A stretch of DNA of 63,072 nucleotides, counting the filler. It is 5 parts of 5 records of this genome, joined end to end, with 100 filler letters (N's around TTAATTAATTAA, not from the genome) between each part and the next. Parts side by side here need not be neighbours in the genome. Positions count along the whole stretch, not along the records: positions 54,689 to 63,072 come from SRR2962707_492; 4 more parts are not named here. The stretch is one strand, 5' to 3'. Shown piece after piece: positions 54,729 to 63,072 of this stretch. The notes beneath the pieces were generated by a model. That model saw nothing but the letters and a program-made list of their open reading frames with translations, was not told the origin of the DNA and made no database searches. The position numbers were made by a program, and so were the translations under genes. How positions within the stretch are numbered: position 1 is the first letter of the stretch; each line of letters starts with the position of its first letter.

Positions 54729-57700
54729 CTGCTCATCGAAACACCGGGCCCAGGCCCCATTCCGCTCTTTCGCAGTGACGAGGTTCTTGATGGAGTTTTG
54801 CGATGGACGGGCAGCGGGCAAGAGTCTGACCGCCGGACACGCTGAACTGCACGCTCGGCTGCACTGCGAATAGCATCTTCCCGGCTTTGATGCCGAGCCA
54901 CTTCCTCTGCGTCGGAGTCACACGAGTCACCGACGTCCAACGTGCCTGTGTCTTTCGCTTTTTCGCCTGTTTCTTCGAGCTGACGCTCGAGCTCAGCCTC
55001 TGCGGCAGCGGCAGCAGCGGCTGCAATCGCCTCCTTGGCTTCAGCCTTCAAGTCGAGCGTTCCTCGCCGTTTCATTGTTGAGATCGTGGCCGATGACAGC
55101 GAAGGAGAACTTGCAGTCTGCGTTTCACTGGCACCACCACGACCCACACTTCCAACGGAACTTGTCATGGTGGTGTTGCGGAACAGGATGTCCACTTTTT
55201 TGAGCAGAAAAGCACCCTCTGACTTCACTAGCTCTTTCATCCCACGGCGGAAATTGCGCCGGTCGATGCGTGCACTGTCGTCGTGAAAGAAATTGATTAG
55301 TTGCTCTGCTTTGAGCTTGCGCTCCATGGACCCGCGCATAAGTACCTGCAGCACATCACCGCAAGACCAAGACCCACGAGTGGCGTCGCATCACAGAAGC
55401 AAGGAAATTGCGAGAGGCACACAAGCGCATCGCATCAGGCGTGAAACGCGCCACAATAGCCAGATTCGCAACATAGACCCACCTCCATGCCGTCACGGAA
55501 CTCCTCGATACTTATCAAACCATCTGCGTTTTTGTCAAAAAACTTTAAAAGCTTGGCTGCTGTCTTGCGGCGCTGGAGCGACGTTTCGCCGTTGGCCATT
55601 TTGAAGTACTGCTTGAGCTCGTGTGCATCCACAAAGCCAGATTTGTCACTGTCAAGCTTACGGAACACAGCGTCGACCTCGCTTGCCGAGTGTTCTACGG
55701 CTTGCATAATACCACCACCAGCGTTGCTATTGTCACCATGGTCACCCAGCGCGCTTGCCACACGATTCTCACGCATGACTTCGCGGGCGGCGACCTTCAG
55801 GCGCGGGCTTTTCGTTCTTGTGAAGCGAGGATGCACAGCGCTAAATTTTGACCGCCCAGCCGCCGCCCCGCCCTCACGCATCATCTGGCGCAGTTTTTGC
55901 CGCGCCTCGTCTAACATCTCTTCTGTGACATCTTCCCCCTTGTGGGCATGTCTGGCTTCGGCCATTACCACTTTCCGGCCCTCTTGTGTCGGAAGAATGT
56001 CCTCCAGCGCCTTCAGGTACCTGAATTCGACCAGTGGAGTGCTCGTGTCAACAAGGCAACTTAAGCCAAGTTGCATCACAGGGCGCGTCAACCAATGCAC
56101 ATCGGCACATAACAGGGACGCACTTGTCGACCAGCGGCGTCACCCAAAGGCGCCGCATTCGTCGCCGTTCCTGCTCATGATTTATATCCATGACCGTTCG
56201 TTCCTTCTCGGTGCGGATGTCGGCAAAGCGGCGGCGCCCGCATTTGTGACACACCAATCGTGTCGACGAGTTGGCGTAGCCGCACGACTCGTGAAAGCAG
56301 AAGAACATATCGTCCAGCTGATTGATATCAACAGAACCACGAGGGCCAGCATTGGCCTTTTTTTCCTCGTTTGAGCTGGCGCGGGCCTGTTCGGCAATTG
56401 CCTTCTTTAGCATTTCGCCCATGCGCATGACCAACTCTACGTTCTCACGCTGCGCTTGCTCCTTGGCGGCTGCCACTGCCTCCAGTTGCGCGTCTTGCTT
56501 GCGCAGCAAGTTTGCCTCCGCCTCTGCAGAAGTCATGCGATCGCGTGACTCTGCAGACGACTCAGCAAAGGCCTCGGACGTTTTTCGACTGTGGCTTGGC
56601 CCTCCTCTCATGGCTAGTAGCCGGGCCACTTCTGCTTCCAGTTCATTGACACGCTTGTGAAGTTCTGCATTTTCAGCCCGAAGGTCGGCAGTGTCAGAGT
56701 TCGTTGTGCCTGCAAATACCATGGGCACGTGCAGAGTGGGAAGAAGCAGCACAAATTGGGGCAAAGCGAGCGGGCAACATTTCGACGCAAAACAGCGCAG
56801 AGCGTCGGCGCACCGGTTAGCATTGGCACGGCATGGTCTTGACTTTTAAGTGCACCCTTGTCCAACGCTCCCGTCGATTTCAAACCCACACCAAGGAGTG
56901 TTGCCGTCTCTCCGCTGCCAGCGGCCGGGCCAAGGTGATTTCCATCAACTTGCAGTCGCTGCAAATTGGAAAGGCCCGCCACCTCGCTCGGCACTACTCC
57001 AGTGAGGCGATTACGCCGCAAATCCACGTCTACGGCGGCTGCCATAGCGCCGATCTCCGTTGGAATTTGACCAACTATCAAAGCAAAACGCATGAGACGG
57101 AATCGAACGAACACGCGCAGAGTTTTGAGACCCCGCATGTGACATGTGTGCGGCCGCAACAGGCCGTGTACACCCCGGAAAACGTGCTGCACGTACCAAG
57201 TGCATTGTCATTGAGCCACAGGACTTCGAGCGACGAGAGGGCCCCAATCTCAGTTGGAATTGTTCCAGTAATTGAGTTTCCATCTAACTCCAACGACCGC
57301 AGGGACGTAAGCTTCCCGACCTCCGAGGGAAGTTTGCCTTGCAAGTTGTTTCGTCCGAGGCGCAAGTGCGTGATGTTGCCATGCACGTCGACCTTGACTC
57401 CGCTCCAGTCGCCGAGAGGCGCGTTGGTACACCAGCGATTGCCGAGCGGAGGAAGCGTGGAGGCGGAGGATGTGGCGGCGGCTGCAGCGGCACGCGCAGC
57501 GGCTGCTGTAGAGCCTCCGTGAGACCGGTCAATTGAACCACGTGGAGTCGGTGGGGTTTCAGGTTCAAGCTCAGTTGCACCAACCTTCATTGGAGAAAAT
57601 CGCTGCATGTCCGACCACTGAACACCGCCAAGACGGTGGAAAATGATTTCTAAAATAGGTCGTTGCTGCGTATCGCGTTCTAACTGCTGCTGGCGCACAA

Positions 57701-60700
57701 GAAGTTGCTCCGATTCACCTTGCGCTTCCTCCAGCGCACGGACTTCTTCTTCTTGGTCTTGCAGTTGTTCGTCCATGGCGTCGGCAATCTTTGTCAGCTT
57801 GGCGTGCGCAACGGCTGCATCCTTGAAATCCGACGATCCGCCACGGGATCTGGTGGGCGAGCCTCTCTGAGGGCTTCCGCCCAAAGAAGACGGCGAGTTG
57901 GCACGTTGGCATTGTTCGCGGATTGTGCGCGAGTAGCCGCGGCCTCGTTCGAGATGATTGCGCATTGACGTTGTTTGCAAGGTTGCAAGTGAGCGAAAAC
58001 GCACAGAATCAGCTTTCTCGGCAGCAAGGGCTTCCTCCGACGATTGCAATGCCGACTCAAGGCTACGCTTCTCCATTTGCACTAGATTTAGCTCCCTGTC
58101 ATATGGGTTCGTGAAGCATGCGCAACAATAGATTATTAGCACGCAATGTAAACCGACTGCATACATCCAACGAAGAACCATTCGTACCTTTGAAGGCGTT
58201 GTACGTGACGTTCGCTACTGCGGCGCTCTTCTTGCTCTTCATCCAACGCTGTACGCAAAGCATCGGCATGTGCCTCTGCCTGAGTACAGCTCGCTTGGAG
58301 CTGAGCAACGTCAGCCTGGCATGAAGTGAGCGCAGCGTCGGTACTTGTTTTTTGGTGCGACATTCGTGAAAGCTGATTTTGCATTGCCGAGCGAACAGCT
58401 GCAAGCTCCGCCGTCGCCTAACAGAGACAAAAAAAAGGACGATCCACATGGACAATACAATTCAAGCTGCTGCAACTACAACAGCCCCGCAGACGAAATA
58501 ATTTCCGAACAATAATTGCCAATACGATGCACGTAAACCTGCACAGCACTCACCACAGCAAGTTGCGCCGCCAGCGCGGCTTCAATGCGACCCGACGCTT
58601 CTTGTTCGGCCCTGCGCGCGGACGCAGTTTCCTGCCCTTCAGCCTCGAGCTCGTGTATGCGACGCTCAAGCTCATCACGCAAAGCACGCTCCTCATCTCG
58701 CGCCGCTGAGGCCGCTGCTTGCAATGCTTTTTCTTGCTCGGCACCGTTCTTGGCTGCGGCAGCAACGAGCTGCTCGCGCAGTGCTTGAATTGTAGCCTCT
58801 CCATCGCGTTTAGCGGATCGTACTGCTGCTCGCTGCAACCTTGAAACAATTTTCAGTTTCGTGCACTCGCCCTTTGCTTTCTCGACGGCGGATCGAAGGT
58901 CCACTTGCACCAGCTTCAGCTGGTCGCATTCCTGCTGCAGCTTTACGGTGCCAGCCTGGGACGTTGCCAGTGCCGTCTTGGATGCTGCCAGAGCCTACAA
59001 AAACAGACCGTATCATCAGGGAAATGTGAAGGAATTTGCAGAATTGCAGCATTCTGAATTCAACGTGGCACACAACAACCGCCACGCATCAAGTACCTCC
59101 GCCTCAGCCGCCATTGCTGCAGCAGCAATCTCCTCGCGCTCCTTTCCAGCCTGGATCTGCGTTTGCAACGCTTCAATCGTTACTCGCGCTTGAGCTAGTT
59201 CCGCTCGTACGCTTGCAGTTACTTTCTGCTCATCCTGCAAGGCAGTTTTGGTGCTCGCCACCTCAAGTTCAAGCTTTTCTTTTTCGGTCTGTCTTTGAGC
59301 AGCTTCTTGTTGGGCCTGTAAACGACGAATAGAAGCACAACCAGCGCCAACAAAGGGTGAAATTGATGGACATGGCGAGTCAATTTCCGTAACAGAGAAA
59401 TCGCACTGCCTTACGGTCGGACCTTGACGGTTCGAGCTTGCTGTGCGTGGAATGTTGCCATCTCTGCCTGGCGAGTCTCGCCAGCGCATGCCTCCGCCGC
59501 CGACAGCTCCACGGCATGATCTCGGAGTTTGTCCGCGAAGCGTTCTACTATCTTTCGCACGTCTCCTGCGTCTTTGAGAATTGAAGTGCTGGCGGCGCCC
59601 TTGCGTTTCGCGGCCTCGCGCTGTTCTACCTTTCCCAACTGGCCAGCGCAACCAACACCGCAGTCAGAGAGAGCAAGAAGGCCACAAGCAGAGCAAATGC
59701 CGTGTTCAACAACAACATATCAGTTGTGCAGTCAGGCGCGCATACTTGGACCCGCAGTGCCTTCAAAATGCGCTCTGTGAGTTCATTATGAGTTTTGAGA
59801 GCCGACGCTTTGAGCGTTGAGATCGCACGCAAGGGTGCGACCTCACGTTGCATGCTCAACACTTCGTTTTCTGCTGTGCGCTTTGCTTCTGCCAGCTCTT
59901 TGTTGAGGCGGGTCAAGTGTGCGATCTGTGTCGCGGCTAGAGCAGCATCGGCAGTAAAAGCAGATTCGCGACGAGCCAGTGCTCGTCGCGAGTCTGCAAG
60001 CTGTTCACGCATCTCCTGCAACTGTTTCAGCGAGTCTGCTTCACGCTGCTGAGAGTGTTCACACAGCTCTTTCTGTTTCGCCTGCGGCCAAGGTGGACAA
60101 CATTGGCTTGTTGAGCAACGCCTTCAAACAAACAGATGCTGACAAACGATGCGGCCAAGAGCTGTGCTTCAACGCACCAACTCTGCCTTCGTGTTCTCGC
60201 CAAGCTCACGTTGCCTCGACAAATCCTCGTCTCGAGACGACAGCTTGGTATCTAGCATATCCTTTTGACTTCGCAGCACAGACTGCTTCCGCAGAAGCGC
60301 ATCCAACTGTGCTCTCAAACGCGCAATTTCCTCACGCAGTTGTGCACAGTCGCGGCACGGCCCGCCCCCACTGCTTGTTTCTCGGGGCGAGTTTTGAGGC
60401 GAAGAGAAAGGACTGTTGGTGGCACTTTTGGATCGAAAGGGCGAACCTCCTGAGCTGGAGCGGCGGCCGCGTCCCGACGCCGGCGCTGAGGCCGGAACAT
60501 CACTGCGCTTCCGCGCAGTGCTATGCACCAAACTCATGTTCAACTGACGCGCAAAAGGGAACAATCAAGCGGAACAATGAATTGCCGCCAAAATTTGCAA
60601 CCACACTTCGTCAGGCCAGCTAGATCGCCAGCCTAAGGCTGGCTACGCACCTTCGGGACCCCGCGGGCGTTGAACGACAGCTCCGCCCGCTTTTTTAGGG

Positions 60701-62869
60701 CCGCAGCTGCTGCCGCTTCTTCTTCTTCCAGCTGTTCTTGCCATTCCTTCTCCAACTCCCACTTGGCTTCTTCAAAAGCTGACGAAGGATCGTCGGGGCA
60801 CGTAGACATGGCTCGTGCACGCTCAGCCTCAAGCCGCAGCTCATGGAGGTTTTCTCGGTCAATATGGCAATCGCCAAGCTCAGCCTGGCGTGGAGAGTTT
60901 TACATGTTCAGCGTGCGCGACGACACCACCACAGCCACAAAAACCAGGCAGGAATGAGCCCGGCGGAACATGGCAGCAGAAACTCAAAGGCGGCGTTGTG
61001 GCAAGCATACACAAACCTCCCTGCCGCGCAACTTGTCCAGAGTCTGCACCAGCTTTGCCAATCGGGCACTCTGGCTATCTGCATGCTCGTTGCTGCGGTT
61101 CTCGCGCAAGTCGGCGCACTCCGCGCGTAAACCGGCAACTTCGGTGGTAAGTTCACGAATGCGCCGCAGCAAGGATTTTTCGGCAGCGACGTTTATATAG
61201 ATGTGTTCGCCACTTTTTATTTTGCCACGCTTGCCGTCTCCGTCCGGCCCTCTTCCCACATCTTCGGGGCTGTTTTCGTCGTCACTGTCGTCCTCGTCGT
61301 TGTCGTCCTCGTCGTCTTCCCCTTTATCGTCGCCGTCGTCGCCGTCTTCGCTGTCGTCCTCAGAATCCGAATCTTGGTCAATACCGAGCACAACACCCAG
61401 CACTTCCCGAGTCCGAATGCTTTCACGGCGCTTTGCTGCTTCTGCTTCGGTGTCGACGGTCAGAGATCTTCGCTCTGTCACGTGAGCATCCACCAATTCT
61501 GCCGACTCAAGCTCCGACACCAGGGCCTCAAAATCGGCCTTCTGACCCGCTTGGCCATCTCTCCCGAGCGATGCCGCACGCAAACGGACATTGCTCCTGA
61601 TGGGCAAACGCACAAACCGACATGGTGTTGCACGGATCATTAGAAAAACAACAACAACAACGACGACGACAACAATAAACACAGCTGTGAAAGTGGTGAA
61701 GAGATTTTACACGTACACTTGGCGCTGCAGTTGCTCCAGACGGCGGTGCTCTTCTGCGGCAGCCTTGTCTGCCGCTTCCTTTGCCCTTGCCAGCCCCGAA
61801 ACGCGCACCTGACCTCGGAGACTCTGCCGTTGTAACCGGCCATTCAGCAGCGCCATGTCCTGCATCTGCACCATCAGCTGCAGTTGCTGCGGAGGTAACG
61901 CTGCAAGCTGCGTGTGATCTGTTCAACGAGGACACACACGCACAAAATCAGCAAACAAGGACTGAAGAGTATACGGACAGTGCTGCGGTGGCACACGTTT
62001 GTTGGCATGCACAATAAACTGGATGCACCTGCGACACTCATCAGTGCAGACGCAGGTGCAACATTGGAGCCGGGCATGCCATCAACCGAGCTGTCGCCGA
62101 GTGCACTGGGCCTGCCACCTGATGGCAGCATGGCGCTGAGTTCCGCCGTGGCGTTTACGAGAGGAAAAGTTTCGGCCGCCTCGGTAAGCAAGTCGTGATC
62201 TGGCCCGCTCTCCAGGCCGTTGCGCTCTGCATTAAACACTTCGGCAACTGTCATTCCGCCCGATACAAGCAGAGACTTGCGGCGGACAGCTTTCAAAGTC
62301 CCCAGATAATCATCGACAAGTTCTGCACGGGACTTGGTTGGCTTGAGAAGAACCATCTTGAGGCGGCCCGGCCAATCAGCAGACTTGCGGTACAGGTTCA
62401 TCAAGCAGGCCATAACCTTGCCAGGATTACCGCCACCGCGCAAATCGCTTGGCGAAACCGTCACAATGCTGTCGATACCGCGCCGCCGGCACTCGCGGGA
62501 GAACGCTTGGATGTTTTCATTCATCGCGTATACACCCCCCGACACTGTGCTGCGTCGAGGAGAGGCGGTGCTGCGGCGCCCGCTGCTGCTGCCATCACTT
62601 GGAGCATTCGGGTCGGTGAATCGGATCTTGTGGTTGCCGGACAGGTCACGCACAAGCTTGCACAGGATAACGCCGTCTGACAGGGTGTCAACGAAAGATT
62701 TCCGGTTGTCCGGGTCGATGCGGCACCCGTATTGGCGGTTCAACCACACGCACAGCTTCCGCTCCATCTTGTGCGTGAAGCCCTTGCCGCGCACGTGACG
62801 GCCCTGCATTCGATGCTGCTTTCTCGTGCCATCTCGGTTGCGAAGATGCTCGCGGAAGTCGCTCGCCAT
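54689..62869 (-). CDS. Large multi-exon eukaryotic gene (3'-truncated): calponin-homology domain, long coiled coil, plant-type LRRs, RanBP2-type zinc finger, EF-hand pair
   Basis: CH: WLN...LSDGVILCKLV...ENIQAF...SDL...KVMACL (about 62390-62770). Coiled-coil fragments span about 57700-61900. LRR: LGDWSGV...LRLGRNNLQGKLPSEVGKLTSLRSLELDGNSITGTIPTEIG, with intron 57075-57196. Zinc finger: CFHESCGYANSSTRLVCHKCG. EF-hands: DSDKSGFVDAHE and DKNADGLISIEE. I did not resolve every splice junction, so one gene versus two is not proven. Confidence 0.6.
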
Positions 62870-63027
62870 GGTCCTTCTTCACCGCCAACTGTCTGAAGCA
62901 GCAGGCAGACTCTGCGCAAGTTGCCGGCTGGAACGGAGCAGCAACTGGCGAAAAAGTCTTGGACAACTTGGACACGCGCTAAAACATGTTGCCGTGAAGT
63001 CAGAAGGGGCAGGCAGGCAGGGAGGCG

Positions 63028-63072
63028 CGAAGGAAGGAAGGGAGGAGGGAAGGAAGGAAGGAAGGAAGGAAG
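63028..63072 (+). repeat. (GGAA)n purine microsatellite
   Basis: Imperfect GGAA repeats up to the window end. Confidence 0.85.

Noticed and set aside
63028-63072. (GGAA)n or other end repeats as telomeric DNA
   Set aside because: Short, imperfect and not TTAGGG/TTTAGGG-like; no telomeric array is present in the window.

Overview
This window is not one continuous genome. It is five contigs joined by identical artificial spacers (44 N + TTAATTAATTAA + 44 N). (1) 1-19662: gammaproteobacterial, Marinobacter/Pseudomonas-like. It holds a polar-flagellum cluster (fleQ-fleS-fleR, fliEFGHIJ, hsbA-hsbR-hptB-like partner switch, fliK, fliL, partial fliM) with four sigma-54 promoters, plus a DUF1329-like gene and lexA-sulA. 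(2) 19763-29214: intron-containing eukaryotic DNA with a very large telomerase reverse transcriptase (TERT). I could reconstruct ten phase-consistent exons and all canonical motifs. Convergent to it is a secreted beta-helix glycosidase gene resembling GH110. (3) 29315-38828: eukaryotic, with a ~2,250-aa WW-WW/Tudor-like/ARM/Pro-rich(PPxY)/UBA/PH/UBA scaffold gene and a partial EGF-like + beta-propeller glycosidase gene. (4) 38929-54588: GC-rich alphaproteobacterium with a group-3-type mrp Na+/H+ antiporter operon running into a form II coxG-S-L-M-D-E cluster. It also has a two-domain cold-shock gene split by an in-frame TAG, a PaaI thioesterase and a truncated tRNA-Pro. (5) 54689-63072: eukaryotic, a multi-exon gene with CH, coiled-coil, LRR, RanBP2-type zinc finger and EF-hand regions. 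The strongest leads are the oversized protist TERT, the two unusual multidomain protist proteins, the amber-interrupted cold-shock gene and the GH110-like eukaryotic gene. All family calls rest on motif recognition by eye; no database searches were run. I do not see a clearly novel prokaryotic system such as CRISPR, a retron or a defence island.
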